Positions 41,530 to 51,916 of a stretch of 64,000 nucleotides of DNA are shown here, piece after piece (position 1 is the stretch's first letter; every line of letters starts with the position of its first letter). The position numbers and the translations under genes were made by a program. Source of the DNA: an uncultured Chloroflexia bacterium. Its GTDB lineage: Bacteria > Chloroflexota > Chloroflexia > QHBQ01 > JADMIH01. A model generated the notes under the pieces. The model saw nothing but the letters and a program-made list of their open reading frames with translations, was not told the DNA's origin and made no database searches. The stretch lies in NCBI GenBank assembly GCA_963797095.1, contig CAWCNY010000001.1:160001-224000 (forward strand), written 5' to 3'.

Positions 41530-44403
41530 ATGCCATCCGTCAATAAGAAAGAGGACTCATATTTAGTTTCTACCTGGCATTCATCACATTTTTCCGTGGC
41601 AGGCTCCGGCCTCGGCACTCATGTAGAAGCCTATGCCCCCGCTCATGATATCCTAAAATACGAGCGCTACCCGCTGAATGCCATCTTCGAGCCGAAGTCG
41701 GTGGCGGTGATAGGGGCGACCGACAAAGAAGGCTCAGTTGGGCGCACGATCCTGTGGAACCTCATTTCCAGCCCCTTCGGGGGGACAGTCTACCCGGTAA
41801 ATCCTAAACGCCACAGCGTACTTGGGGTGAAAGCTTATCCCTCGGTAGCCGCCGTACCGGACAAGATCGACCTGGCGATTATTGTGACGCCTGCACCGGT
41901 GGTGCCCGCCATAATGGCAGAGTGCGCCGAGGTGGGGGTGCGAGGGGCTGTGGTTATCTCGGCGGGGTTTAAGGAGATCGGGCCGGAAGGTGTTGAGTTG
42001 GAGAGGCAGGTGCTGGCCGAGGCGAGGCGCGGGCATATACGGTTGGTTGGCCCCAACTGCCTGGGAGTGATGCGACCCCATTCGGGATTGAACGCCACCT
42101 TCGCAGCAGGCATGGCGCGCCAGGGGTCGGTGGGCTTCATCAGCCAGAGCGGGGCGCTGCTGACGGCGGTGCTTGATTGGAGTCAGCGCGAGAACGTGGG
42201 GTTTTCTACATTCGTGTCGCTTGGGTCCATGCTGGATGTGGGCTGGGGCGACTTGATCTATTACCTGGGGGACGACCCCCACACCCAGTCGATCGTGATA
42301 TATATGGAGACGATAGGGGATGCGCGGTCTTTTCTGTCGGCTGCCCGCGAGGTGGCGCGCACCAAACCGATCATTGTAATAAAACCGGGGCGCACGGAAG
42401 CGGCAGCCAAAGCGGCGGCGTCGCACACAGGCTCGCTCACGGGGTCGGACGAGGTGCTGGCGGCGGCGTTTGACCGGGTGGGGGTGTTGCGGGTAAATGC
42501 GATAGACGAGCTTTTCTATATGGCGGAGGTGCTCGCAAAGCAGCCTCTGCCCGCAGGGCCGCGCCTGACCATTGTGACGAACGCGGGTGGGCCGGGAGTG
42601 CTGGCTACGGATGCCCTGATCACGGGCGGCGGGGAACTCACCCAGTTGTCGCCACAGACTATTGAAGCGCTGAACGGCATCCTGCCCTCGGCCTGGAGCC
42701 ATAATAACCCGGTCGACATACTGGGCGATGCTTCGCCTGAGCGCTTTGCGGAATCGCTGGCAGCCTCGGCAAAAGACAGCAATAGCGACGGACTGCTGGT
42801 GATCCTGACGCCTCAGGCGATGACCGATCCGACGGCCACGGCGGAGCAACTGCGACCTTACGCGAAGATAGCGGGGGGAGGGATGCCGCCAAAGCCGGTG
42901 CTGGCAAGCTGGATGGGTGGCGTTGATGTGGAGGCAGGCACCAAGCTGCTGGGGTCAATGGGAATCCCCACGTTCGCGTACCCAGACATGGCGGCGCGGA
43001 TGTTCAACTACATGTGGCGTTATAACTACAACCTTCACGCTTTGTACGAGACTCCTACGCGCCCGACGGACGAGGAAAGTAAGATGAACCGGGCCGAGGC
43101 CGCACAGATCATAGAAAAAGCTCGTGGGGAGGGCCGCACCCTGCTGACAGAGTACGAGTCGAAGCAACTCCTGGCGGCCTATGGAATCCCGGTAGTGGAG
43201 ACGCGGGTGGCACGGACAGAATACAAGGCCGTGAAATTTGCCCGGGCGATAGGTTATCCCGTGGTGTTGAAGTTGCATTCGCGGACGATCACCCACAAGA
43301 CGGACGTGGGCGGCGTACAACTTAACCTTATGGATGCTGATGCCGTGCGGGAGGCGTATCGGTCGATTGAGCAGTCGGTACTGGCGAAGGCGGGGCCGGA
43401 GCACTTTGACGGAGTGACCGTGCAGCCGATGATTCAGTGGACGGGGTATGAGTTGATATTGGGGTCGAGCACCGATGCGCAGTTTGGGCCGGTGCTGTTG
43501 TTCGGGATGGGCGGGCAGTTCGTGGAGGTATTCAAGGACCGGGCACTGGGACTCCCACCCCTCAGTACAACGCTGGCAAGGCGGATGATAGAGAAAACCA
43601 GGGTATATACCGCGCTCAAGGGGGTGCGTGGCCGCAAGGCTGTGGACCTGGAGGCTCTGGAACAATTGCTGGTCAGGTTCAGCCAACTGGTGGTTGAGCA
43701 GCGGTGGATCAAGGAGATTGATATTAACCCTCTGCTCGCTTCTTCGGAAAGCTTGCTGGCCCTGGATGCGCGGGTAGTGCTGAACGACCTTGCGACGAGC
43801 GATGAGCAACTGCCGCTACCGGCAATCCGCCCGTATCCATTGCAGTACGTGGGAGAGTGGACGACACAGGACGGGATGAAGTTTAATATCCGGCCAATCC
43901 GTCCCGAAGATGAGCCGCTGATGATCAAGTTCCACAAACAGCTAACCGAGCAGACGGTCTACACGAGGTATTTCGAGCAGCTGAAATTGCCTGAGCGGAT
44001 AACGCACGAACGGTTGACACGTATCTGCTTCAATGATTACGACCGGGAGATCGCGCTGGTGGCGGAGAAACAGGACGAAGAGACGGGTGAGTGGCAGATC
44101 GCCGGGGTGGGGCGATTGAGCAAGTCGCATACGGCCAACGAGGCGGAGTTTGCATTGCTGGTGGCCGACCGGTTCCAGGGGCATGGGTTGGGCACGGAAT
44201 TACTGCGCCGCCTGGTGCAGATTGGGCGCAACGAGAAACTGGACCGGATTGTCGCTGATGTTATGCTGGCGAACACCCACATGCTGAATGTGAGCAAAAG
44301 GGTAGGCTTCCGGCGCTATGGGCCATTGAAGGATGGCGTGGTTGGCGTTGAGCTTGAACTGAGCCGGGAAGAATTAGCGGTCAGTTTGGAGTTTGAAGCG
44401 TAA
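41530..44403 (+). CDS. Acetate-CoA ligase (ADP-forming)-like / GNAT fusion (Pat/PatZ-type acetyltransferase)
   Basis: [36 protein letters not shown]-grasp HKTDVGGV, C-term GNAT ([15 protein letters not shown]). Confidence 0.92.
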   Translation: MPSVNKKEDSYLVSTWHSSHFSVAGSGLGTHVEAYAPAHDILKYERYPLNAIFEPKSVAVIGATDKEGSVGRTILWNLISSPFGGTVYPVNPKRHSVLGVKAYPSVAAVPDKIDLAIIVTPAPVVPAIMAECAEVGVRGAVVISAGFKEIGPEGVELERQVLAEARRGHIRLVGPNCLGVMRPHSGLNATFAAGMARQGSVGFISQSGALLTAVLDWSQRENVGFSTFVSLGSMLDVGWGDLIYYLGDDPHTQSIVIYMETIGDARSFLSAAREVARTKPIIVIKPGRTEAAAKAAASHTGSLTGSDEVLAAAFDRVGVLRVNAIDELFYMAEVLAKQPLPAGPRLTIVTNAGGPGVLATDALITGGGELTQLSPQTIEALNGILPSAWSHNNPVDILGDASPERFAESLAASAKDSNSDGLLVILTPQAMTDPTATAEQLRPYAKIAGGGMPPKPVLASWMGGVDVEAGTKLLGSMGIPTFAYPDMAARMFNYMWRYNYNLHALYETPTRPTDEESKMNRAEAAQIIEKARGEGRTLLTEYESKQLLAAYGIPVVETRVARTEYKAVKFARAIGYPVVLKLHSRTITHKTDVGGVQLNLMDADAVREAYRSIEQSVLAKAGPEHFDGVTVQPMIQWTGYELILGSSTDAQFGPVLLFGMGGQFVEVFKDRALGLPPLSTTLARRMIEKTRVYTALKGVRGRKAVDLEALEQLLVRFSQLVVEQRWIKEIDINPLLASSESLLALDARVVLNDLATSDEQLPLPAIRPYPLQYVGEWTTQDGMKFNIRPIRPEDEPLMIKFHKQLTEQTVYTRYFEQLKLPERITHERLTRICFNDYDREIALVAEKQDEETGEWQIAGVGRLSKSHTANEAEFALLVADRFQGHGLGTELLRRLVQIGRNEKLDRIVADVMLANTHMLNVSKRVGFRRYGPLKDGVVGVELELSREELAVSLEFEA

Positions 44404-44422
44404 AGATTGGAGTTTTAGAGGG

Positions 44423-45115
44423 TCAGGGATTGTCCTGGGGGAAGACGCGGACGCCTGATGCGCTTGCTACTATGACGCGGGCGACGATACCGAGGAAGAG
44501 GCCGTGCTCTACAACCCCTGTGATGGATTTGAGGGCGGCGGCGAGGGCATGGGGGTCGTTGATCGGGGGGAAGTGGCAGTCGAGCAGGAGGTTGCGGGAG
44601 TCGGTGATGAAAGGATCGCCCTGGTTGGTAAGGCGGAGGATGGGGTCGCAGCCGAGGGAGCGAAGGGAGTCGCGGGTGCGACTCCAGCCGAAGTGAACGA
44701 CCTCCACTGGGATGGCGGTGTGGTGGCCCAGGCGCGGGACCACTTTGCTTTCATCAACGATGAGCATCTCTTCGTGAGTGGCGAGAGCTACGATCTTTTC
44801 GTGGAGGAGGGCACCGCCCATGCCTTTGATGGCGTTGAAGGTGTCGAGCGTGACCTCGTCAGCGCCGTCTATGGTTACATCCAGGTGCGGTAGGTCTTCA
44901 AGGGTGGCTAGAGGGATGCCCAGGCTAGTGGCGAGGGCAGCTGTGCGGTCGGAGGTGGGCACGCCTGTGATGCGGAGTCCTTCTTCGCGCACGCGCCTGC
45001 CAAGCTCCATGATCGCATGGTGGGCTGTGGAGCCTGTGCCGAGGCCCACGGCCATGCCGTCGCGGACGTATTGGGTAGCGCGGAGGGCGGCGGTGTGTTT
45101 TAGGTCGTCTTGCAT
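44423..45115 (-). CDS. rpiA: Ribose-5-phosphate isomerase A
   Basis: GLGTGST, DGADEV, IKGMGGALLHEK, GVVEHGLF. Confidence 0.96.
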   Translation of the reverse strand: MQDDLKHTAALRATQYVRDGMAVGLGTGSTAHHAIMELGRRVREEGLRITGVPTSDRTAALATSLGIPLATLEDLPHLDVTIDGADEVTLDTFNAIKGMGGALLHEKIVALATHEEMLIVDESKVVPRLGHHTAIPVEVVHFGWSRTRDSLRSLGCDPILRLTNQGDPFITDSRNLLLDCHFPPINDPHALAAALKSITGVVEHGLFLGIVARVIVASASGVRVFPQDNP

Positions 45116-45119
45116 TTTG

Positions 45120-45154
45120 GACGAGTGGCGAGTGGCGAGTGGTGAGTGACGCGT
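45120..45154 (+). repeat. Heptamer tandem repeat (G[AG]CGAGT-like)
   Basis: GACGAGT GGCGAGT GGCGAGT GGTGAGT GACGCGT. Confidence 0.8.
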
Positions 45155-45191
45155 TGCGGGTTAGGGTGGTGGCTGCTTTATTATACTTCGG

Positions 45192-45482
45192 CTAGGGGTA
45201 GGTTGGAACCCCCTGGCAGTGCTGGGGGTGGCGGCCCATTATGCCGTCCTGGTGGATGGTGCACTCGAAGCCTGCTTCCTGGCCGTCGTGGGTGCCGAGG
45301 TGTTGGTGGTCGACCACGCAGGGGTCGAGGGCGAAGCGTTGGCGAACGGCGGGCATATCGAGGCAGACATCGAAGTAGACCCATTCGCGCACGTTATCGG
45401 ACCACGCCTGCCCGCGAAAAGTCTCCTTGCAGCCCTGGGCGATCAGTTCTGCCTCCAGTTGATTCAGGTGCTCGCAGAGCAT
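45192..45482 (-). CDS. Small Cys/His-rich hypothetical protein
   Basis: GGAGG RBS; CEH ... WVYFD ... CTIHQD. Confidence 0.75.
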   Translation of the reverse strand: MLCEHLNQLEAELIAQGCKETFRGQAWSDNVREWVYFDVCLDMPAVRQRFALDPCVVDHQHLGTHDGQEAGFECTIHQDGIMGRHPQHCQGVPTYP

Positions 45483-45522
45483 ATTGCGTCCTCCATCTCC
45501 AGCAAAGAACGGTCTATAGCGA

Positions 45523-45927
45523 CTAGGGAGCAGCCTTACGGCTCATTCTGAGGCGAAGCACGCCCCATGTTACACCCACAAGCACCAGTGCCAGGAACGC
45601 CAGTGCCATATAGAGGTATATCTCCAGGGAAGGAACACAAGTGGTGTCCACCACCGCGCCAGGCTGTGCCAGCGCCTCCGATATTTCGGGTGGGCAAGGT
45701 ACGGACGTGAAATAGACAATAAACAGAAGGACCGCCGGGCCGATGCCCAGGCCAACAATGCCCGCCCAGTAGCTGTTCGTCAGGCGCTTGTAGGTCGCAT
45801 AGACAATCAATGCGCCTCCAAGCAGGAGGAGAGGGATGCCAAGAGAGGCCGACAGGATCAAACCGAGGCCAACGGCGGCCCCGGCCACAAACCAGTATAC
45901 TGACTCCTTCCATCCGCTCATATTCAC
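45523..45927 (-). CDS. Hypothetical membrane protein
   Basis: Four hydrophobic segments, paired Cys in loop. Confidence 0.7.
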   Translation of the reverse strand: MNMSGWKESVYWFVAGAAVGLGLILSASLGIPLLLLGGALIVYATYKRLTNSYWAGIVGLGIGPAVLLFIVYFTSVPCPPEISEALAQPGAVVDTTCVPSLEIYLYMALAFLALVLVGVTWGVLRLRMSRKAAP

Positions 45928-45946
45928 CTACTGATTGCTGCTTTGC

Positions 45947-46663
45947 TTAGTCGCGGGGCATGGTGATTATGCCTAGCTGGAGGGCTAGGGTGGTGGCTTC
46001 GAGCTTGGAATGGACGCCCATCTTCTTGATTATGTTCTGGATGTGGGTGCGGACGGTGTTAGGGCTTAGCACGAAAAGCTCGGCTATGCCCTCGTTGTTG
46101 CGGCCACGCGCCAGTTGTTCGAGGATCTCGATCTCGCGGGCTGAAAGCTTGGAGCGAAGTAGTTCGGCCTGCTGCTCGCGCTGTTGCTGGCGGTGGAAGT
46201 GGGAGAGGATGCGCGGGATCATGAAGGGCGGGACTACAGGCTCACCTTCGGAGGCGGTGCGGACTGCCTGCACTACTTCGCTGAGGGCCTGCTGCTTGGT
46301 GATATAACCGGCAGCGCCCGCCGCGATGGCCTCGGCCATGACCGCTTCACCTGTGTCGGCGGTTAGGACGAGCACGGTGGTGTTCTCGCCTTGCTCGCGC
46401 AGGGCCTGGATCACTTCGAGGCCGGTCATGCCGGGCATGTGGTAATCGACCAGGAGGATATCAGGGTGGGTTTCGAGGGATAGCTTGAGGCCCTCGTCGC
46501 CTGTGAAGGCCATGCCTACCACCTTGATATCGTCCTGCATATCGAGGACCATGCGGAGCATTTCGGTGAAGACCGGCTGGTCGTCCACCACTACCACTTT
46601 GATCGGCCCTTCGCGTGGGGGCTTTTCGTCTATTGCTTCGGGTTGTATTTGATCATTCATCAT
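45947..46663 (-). CDS. NarL/LuxR family response regulator
   Basis: VVVDD, LVDYHMP, LSAREIEIL..IAE..LSPNTVRTH. Confidence 0.95.
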   Translation of the reverse strand: MMNDQIQPEAIDEKPPREGPIKVVVVDDQPVFTEMLRMVLDMQDDIKVVGMAFTGDEGLKLSLETHPDILLVDYHMPGMTGLEVIQALREQGENTTVLVLTADTGEAVMAEAIAAGAAGYITKQQALSEVVQAVRTASEGEPVVPPFMIPRILSHFHRQQQREQQAELLRSKLSAREIEILEQLARGRNNEGIAELFVLSPNTVRTHIQNIIKKMGVHSKLEATTLALQLGIITMPRD

Positions 46664-46672
46664 TTAGTTGCC

Positions 46673-48505
46673 TTATTCGTTACGGTTTGTGGTTGGTTTC
46701 AGTGTGGGGTTGGAGGTGGATGCTTGTGCGGCAAGCTCGCCCCCGTCCTGGTGGCCGTTGCCGTTGGGATGAGATTCTTCGTTCAGGTCTGAGAATGGGA
46801 CCAATTGGCTCGTGGGCATGTGCGCACCGTTGGCTGCGGCCTGGCGGTTGGTGGCATATCTGCCGTTACGCCTGGCGGGGCCGGAGCCTCCGGTTAGCTC
46901 CTCGTCATCTTCGAGGGAGCCTTCGAGGAGTGGTATACAGACTTCAGCGATGGTGCCCTTGCCGGGTGCAGGTTGGAGGGACAGGCTGCCGCCGTGGGCC
47001 TCGGCGATTTGGTGTGCGATATAGAGTCCGAGGCCGCTGCCGGGGATGGCGACCGTCTCGCGGCGCTGGATGCGGCTGTAGCGGTCGAAGAGCTTGGGCA
47101 CATCCTGCGGGTCGATACCGAGGCCGTGATCGCGGATGTATATGCTGGCTGTGCCTTCGGCATCGTTGGCACGCATGCGGACCTCGATTGGACCGCCCTG
47201 AGGCGAGTATTTGATGGAGTTCGATAGGAGGTTGTTGAGGACCTGCTTGAGGCGGTTGGGGTCGCCGCGCACCGGAATGTGCTCGGGGCCTTTGACGGTG
47301 ATGGTGTGCCTGCGGGTGGTTAGCTGGTGGTCTTTGACAACCGAGTCGGTGATCTTGCGCAGGTCGGTTTCGACGAAGCGATAGTTGAGGCCGCCCGAGT
47401 TGAGGAGGGAGATGGCGAGGATGTCGTCGATGAGGGTGAGCAAGTGCTGGGCTTCGCCCTGGATGGCGGTAAGGAACTCGCTGCGTTGGCCCTCGTTGAG
47501 GCTGCCGCCGTGCTCTTTGAGCGCACCCGCGTAGTTATAGACGTAGGAGACGGGGGTCTTTAGCTCGTGGGAGATCATGCCAGCGAACTCGGATTTGAGT
47601 CGGTCGATCTCCTCTATGCGCCTGCGGGCCTCGGATTCGGTTAGAAGGGCCTTGTGCAGGTCGATGTTGGCGCGTTCGAGGTCGGCCTGGGTGGCGGCCA
47701 GTTTATCGGCCTCCTGGCGCGCGCTACTGAGGAGGCTTTCGTTTTCGGCCGCGGCGGCTGAGAGCCTGTGGCGCATCTCTTCGAGCACGCCTGCAAGCTC
47801 GCCTATTTCATCGTGCGAGCGGATCGCTATGGCGGTCTCAAGGTCTCCGTGAGTGATCCCCTGGATGTTGCGCATGAGGCGGCGAAGGGGGGCGGTGAAG
47901 CCCTCGGTGAAGAGGGTGACGGCTATGAGGGTGATGAAGACTCCGACGAGGGACCAGGCGAGGAGTTGGGCGGAAATGTCCTCGACGTGGGAGCTGAGGG
48001 CGGTCTGGGCGTCGGCTACCTGCTGGTTTTTGCGGACGATGAAGACCTCGACCAGGTTGGTAAGAGCGAGGCGCGCGGTCTCGCTGCGGGCGACGGTAGG
48101 CCCGAATGGGGAACTGCCGTGGCCTGTATTTTCGATGATCTCATCTTCAAGCTGGGTGTAGGTGGTGCTGGCGTTCTGGATGTCTTCAAGCGTCTTGCGA
48201 TCATCGTCTGAGGTGAGCAGCGGGCCCATCTTTTCGATGGCGTCTTTTTGCTGCTTGTTGGCGTCGTTATATTCGATGAGGAGGCTGAGATCGGGGTTGA
48301 TCTCGTAGGAGCGGGCGGCCACGATCTGGCGCTGCACGCCGGAACGGAGGTTGTTGGCTTGCAGCAAAGTAGCCTGATCACGCGTGATCAGGTCAGAATA
48401 CCGGCGATTGATGTCGGAGATGGTGAAGAGGAAGAAGGCGACAAGAACAACCGCTGCGGCCACCAGGGCGAGGTAGCCCCCCAATATTTTGTGGCGTATA
48501 CGCAT
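46673..48505 (-). CDS. Sensor histidine kinase (periplasmic helical sensor, HAMP, HisKA, HATPase)
   Basis: DEIGEL, SHELKTP, NLLSNSIKYS, DHGLGI, GSGLGL. Confidence 0.95.
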   Translation of the reverse strand: MRIRHKILGGYLALVAAAVVLVAFFLFTISDINRRYSDLITRDQATLLQANNLRSGVQRQIVAARSYEINPDLSLLIEYNDANKQQKDAIEKMGPLLTSDDDRKTLEDIQNASTTYTQLEDEIIENTGHGSSPFGPTVARSETARLALTNLVEVFIVRKNQQVADAQTALSSHVEDISAQLLAWSLVGVFITLIAVTLFTEGFTAPLRRLMRNIQGITHGDLETAIAIRSHDEIGELAGVLEEMRHRLSAAAAENESLLSSARQEADKLAATQADLERANIDLHKALLTESEARRRIEEIDRLKSEFAGMISHELKTPVSYVYNYAGALKEHGGSLNEGQRSEFLTAIQGEAQHLLTLIDDILAISLLNSGGLNYRFVETDLRKITDSVVKDHQLTTRRHTITVKGPEHIPVRGDPNRLKQVLNNLLSNSIKYSPQGGPIEVRMRANDAEGTASIYIRDHGLGIDPQDVPKLFDRYSRIQRRETVAIPGSGLGLYIAHQIAEAHGGSLSLQPAPGKGTIAEVCIPLLEGSLEDDEELTGGSGPARRNGRYATNRQAAANGAHMPTSQLVPFSDLNEESHPNGNGHQDGGELAAQASTSNPTLKPTTNRNE

Positions 48506-48598
48506 TTATGCTTGCGGAATGCGGAGTCCGGAGTACGGGATTATTCCAGCGTCCATATCCACATTTTAATTACTGTGTACGAATAAGACCCTTCGGTG

Positions 48599-48652
48599 AT
48601 TATAGCAACGTGAGTCACACTATGTCAAGTTTTAGGTACGTAATTTTACGTA
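48599..48652 (-). promoter_or_regulatory. sigma70 promoter of HK-RR operon with 7-2-7 palindrome upstream
   Basis: TTGACA(48623-48628)-18 bp-TATAAT(48599-48604); TACGTAA-TT-TTACGTA at 48637-48652. Confidence 0.75.
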
Positions 48653-48654
48653 GG

Positions 48655-48696
48655 GTCGGTAGTCGGTAGTCGGAGGACGAGTGGCGAGTGACGAGT
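48655..48696 (+). repeat. Heptamer tandem repeats
   Basis: GTCGGTA x2, GTCGGAG, GACGAGT GGCGAGT GACGAGT. Confidence 0.75.
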
Positions 48697-48730
48697 GAAT
48701 GTTGGTGGGACGGTATAATGGTCGGGAACT

Positions 48731-50548
48731 ATGGAGAATATTGATCTGCTGCTTGACCTTGCTCTGGCGATTGGGGCTGCCATTGTTGGCGGATTTGTGG
48801 CCCATCGCTTGCGGCAGCCTACGATCCTGGGTTATTTGCTGGCGGGGGTGTTGATCGGGCCTTATACGGCGGGGCCGGTGGCCTCGATAGAGCGGGTGCA
48901 GACGCTGGCGAACTTCGGGGTGGCCTTGCTGATGTTCGCGCTCGGCACGGAGTTTTCGCTGGCCGCGCTGGCGAAGGTTAGGCGGGCGGCCGTGGGCGGC
49001 GGGGTGGCGCAGATTCTGTTGAGTATCGCGCTGGGCACGGTGCTTGGTTTGGCGCTTGGCTTTTCGGTGTCGGCATCCGTGTTCCTGGGAGGGATTATCG
49101 CGATCTCGAGCTCGATCTTCATCCTGAAGATACTTATGTCGCGGGATGAGGTTGAGAGCATCTGGGGCCGGATCACGGTTGGGATCGGGATCGTGCAGGA
49201 TATTTCGATGCTGGCTTTGATTGTGATTTTGCCATCGCTGGGGTCGGGGGTTGGGCTGGAACTGGTGGGGTCGGCGGGGTTGGCAGTGGTGCGTGGGGCG
49301 CTGGTGCTGGTGGTTTCTTATGTGCTTGGGACGCGGCTGGTGCCGCCTTTGCTGGCGTGGGTAGCGAAGCTAGGATCGCGGGAGTTATTTTTGCTGACAG
49401 TGGTGGCGATTGCGGCGGGGGCGGCTGTGCTTGGGCAACTGGTGGGGATTTCGTTCGCGCTGGGGGCATTCGTGGGTGGGCTGGTGACCTCGGAGTCGGA
49501 GTTCAGCCATCACGTGCTGGACGAGATTATACCGTTGCGCGAGGTGTTTTCTACGCTGTTCTTTGTGTCAATCGGGATGTTGATGAACCCGGCGTTTTTG
49601 CTGGCTCATGCCTGGGAGATCGGGTTGGTGGTGGCGGTGATCGTGGCGGGGAAGTTCGGGATCACTTATGGGGTGGTGCGGGCGCTTGGGTACAGGGGGG
49701 AGGTTCCTGTAAGGGTGGGGCTGCTGTTGGCGCAGATCGGGGAGTTTTCGTTTGTGCTGGCTGGCGTGGGGTTGGAACATGGGGCTATCAACGATGATTT
49801 GTACGGGTTGGTGCTGTCGTCGGCGCTGGTGTCGCTTTTGCTGAACCCACTGCTGGTGAGCAGCGCACCGGGGTTAGAGAGTCTGACGCGGGGGATTTCG
49901 GGGTGGGTGTGGTCCTTGTTGCGGGTAGGGGGCTTGAAGACGGCGGAGAGTAAAATCGTCAATGATGATATTGATGTAGATACTGGCAGGGTCCAATCGA
50001 GAAGCGGGGGCGTGAAATCGGTATCTGAGATGCGGCGGCACGTGGTGGTCTGCGGGTATGGGAGGGTTGGGCAGGAGATCGCTCGCGCTTTGCAACGTCG
50101 AGGGTTCCCGTTTGTGGTGATAGATTACAACCCGGCGGGCGTGGAGAGGGCACGCGGTGAGGGGTGCGTGGCTATGCAGGGGGATGCGACGCACGAAGCG
50201 GTGTTGGAGAGGGCCGGGATCGGGTCGGCGCGGATGGTGGCGATCACGCTGCCCGACCTGCCGAGCGCAATGCAAGTGGTTCGGACGACGCGGGCGCTCA
50301 ATTCGCGGGCGCGGGTGCTGGCGAGGACGCATGATGCACGCTCGATAGCGCATTTGAAGCAGGCGGGCGCGCACGAGGTGGTGCAGCCTGAGTTTGAGGC
50401 GGGCCTGGAGATGGTGAGGCAGGCGTTGAGGAGCTACGGGGTGTCGGCGCTGGAGACGCATTCGATTGTGGGTGGGCGAAGACAGGAGCACTACGCCGGC
50501 GGGCCGCCGGGGGAGACACCGGCCAGCGAGGAGACGCCTTGGGAGTGA
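48731..50548 (+). CDS. CPA2 cation:proton antiporter with TrkA-N domain (Kef/YbaL-like)
   Basis: GYLLAGVLIGP, FFVSIGM, AQIGEFSFV, VVVCGYGRVG, GDAT. Confidence 0.95.
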   Translation: MENIDLLLDLALAIGAAIVGGFVAHRLRQPTILGYLLAGVLIGPYTAGPVASIERVQTLANFGVALLMFALGTEFSLAALAKVRRAAVGGGVAQILLSIALGTVLGLALGFSVSASVFLGGIIAISSSIFILKILMSRDEVESIWGRITVGIGIVQDISMLALIVILPSLGSGVGLELVGSAGLAVVRGALVLVVSYVLGTRLVPPLLAWVAKLGSRELFLLTVVAIAAGAAVLGQLVGISFALGAFVGGLVTSESEFSHHVLDEIIPLREVFSTLFFVSIGMLMNPAFLLAHAWEIGLVVAVIVAGKFGITYGVVRALGYRGEVPVRVGLLLAQIGEFSFVLAGVGLEHGAINDDLYGLVLSSALVSLLLNPLLVSSAPGLESLTRGISGWVWSLLRVGGLKTAESKIVNDDIDVDTGRVQSRSGGVKSVSEMRRHVVVCGYGRVGQEIARALQRRGFPFVVIDYNPAGVERARGEGCVAMQGDATHEAVLERAGIGSARMVAITLPDLPSAMQVVRTTRALNSRARVLARTHDARSIAHLKQAGAHEVVQPEFEAGLEMVRQALRSYGVSALETHSIVGGRRQEHYAGGPPGETPASEETPWE

Positions 50549-50581
50549 CGAGTGACGAGTGACGAGTGACGAGTGACGAGT
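50543..50581 (+). repeat. (GAGTGAC)5 perfect heptamer tandem repeat
   Basis: Five full units plus GAGT; includes the antiporter stop codon. Confidence 0.9.
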
Positions 50582-50603
50582 AGTGAGAGTTCGTTTGTGT
50601 TGG

Positions 50604-51839
50604 TTATTGGGTGTTGCGTTTGCCCAGGTTGATTCTTGGGTCGGCGGCTACGTAGAGGATGTCGGCTAGCATGCTTGAGAGGGCTACGATTACTACCATT
50701 ACAAGTAGCAGACCTAGAGTTATGGCCGGGTTGGGCACGTAGCTGAATGGTGTGCAATGCACCTCGAGCGAAGTATTGACCGAACCTACACAACCGCCTA
50801 CGGCCTTGAAGAATAACTGGCCCATGCCGGGGTAGCTGAAGACCTGCTCGATTATCATGCTGCCCGATATGACAGCGGGTAGGGAGAGGCCCACCACGGT
50901 AATTAGCGGGACCAGGGCGTTGCGAAAGGCATGGCGGGTGACAATCCGAAAGATGGGCGCTCCTTTTGCCATGGCGGTGCGAATATAGTCCTGATGGAGG
51001 ACTTCGAGCATTGAGGAGCGCACATGCCTGGCGAACCAGGCCGCAAGCGCCAGCGAGAGTGTAGCTACGGGCAGGCTCAGGTGGTAGATGCGATTGATCC
51101 AGTTACCCTCCTGGTCGAGCGAGAAGACGTAACCGGGCTGAAGCATGGGGAACCAATCCCAACCGTTCTGCCGGCGCAAGTTGTAGGGAAGGATGCCGAA
51201 AAGGGCCGAGAGTATGAAGGCCAACATGAAAGGAGGGATCGACAGTCCACCCAGGGTCATAAATGTCAGGCCAGTGTCAAGCCACGAGTGCTGCCTGATC
51301 GCTCCGATGATGCCGACGGGGATTGCTAAGAGAAGCGCGAAGAATAGGGCTGACGTCATAAGGAGCAGGGTATTTAGCCCCCTGTCTGAAAGAAGTTGGC
51401 CCAGTGATAAGCCTCCTGGGCGGACTGAGGAGGTATCTACATCTCCGGTGAGGATGCCACTGCCCTCTATGTGCCATCCAAATATGTTTACGTCTATGCC
51501 TTTATGGACGAGAGTGCCCACGTTGTCGCCGCCGATCATCTTCGTGGTAGCTCGTGGGTCGAAGAGCCATAGTAGGAAGTTGATGGGCCAGGGCTGGTCG
51601 ACTTTGTAAACCTGTTCCATGTAATTGATATTGTTCTGGAGGTCGGCGGGCGTAGCGTCTGGGAAGCTGTCAGTGCTCTCAGGATGGAGTTGTCTCAGGG
51701 CCAGTTCAGAACGCGAATCCTGGTATTGGCGATAGACTCCGCTGGACGATATGTAGACGAAGAACATGTAGAGAACGAAGGTCGTGATCAGCATCGAGAG
51801 CACAGCCTGAGCGAATCGGCGGAGGATGTAAAGGGTCAT
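50604..51839 (-). CDS. Peptide ABC permease (OppB/DppB-like)
   Basis: YILRRF, RSSMLEVLHQDYIRTAMAKG, HAFRNAL, DPRI. Confidence 0.93.
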   Translation of the reverse strand: MTLYILRRFAQAVLSMLITTFVLYMFFVYISSSGVYRQYQDSRSELALRQLHPESTDSFPDATPADLQNNINYMEQVYKVDQPWPINFLLWLFDPRATTKMIGGDNVGTLVHKGIDVNIFGWHIEGSGILTGDVDTSSVRPGGLSLGQLLSDRGLNTLLLMTSALFFALLLAIPVGIIGAIRQHSWLDTGLTFMTLGGLSIPPFMLAFILSALFGILPYNLRRQNGWDWFPMLQPGYVFSLDQEGNWINRIYHLSLPVATLSLALAAWFARHVRSSMLEVLHQDYIRTAMAKGAPIFRIVTRHAFRNALVPLITVVGLSLPAVISGSMIIEQVFSYPGMGQLFFKAVGGCVGSVNTSLEVHCTPFSYVPNPAITLGLLLVMVVIVALSSMLADILYVAADPRINLGKRNTQ

Positions 51840-51916
51840 GTGGTCGTTCCTGTGTAGTTCCTTGTAGTTGGTAGTCGGTTCTTGGGTTGAGGTGGTTATG
51901 CGGTGTGGCTCGATGG

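Noticed and set aside
50543-50581. CRISPR-like array
   Set aside because: Units are 7-bp contiguous repeats without spacers; no cas genes and no 25-45 bp repeat-spacer pattern seen in the window
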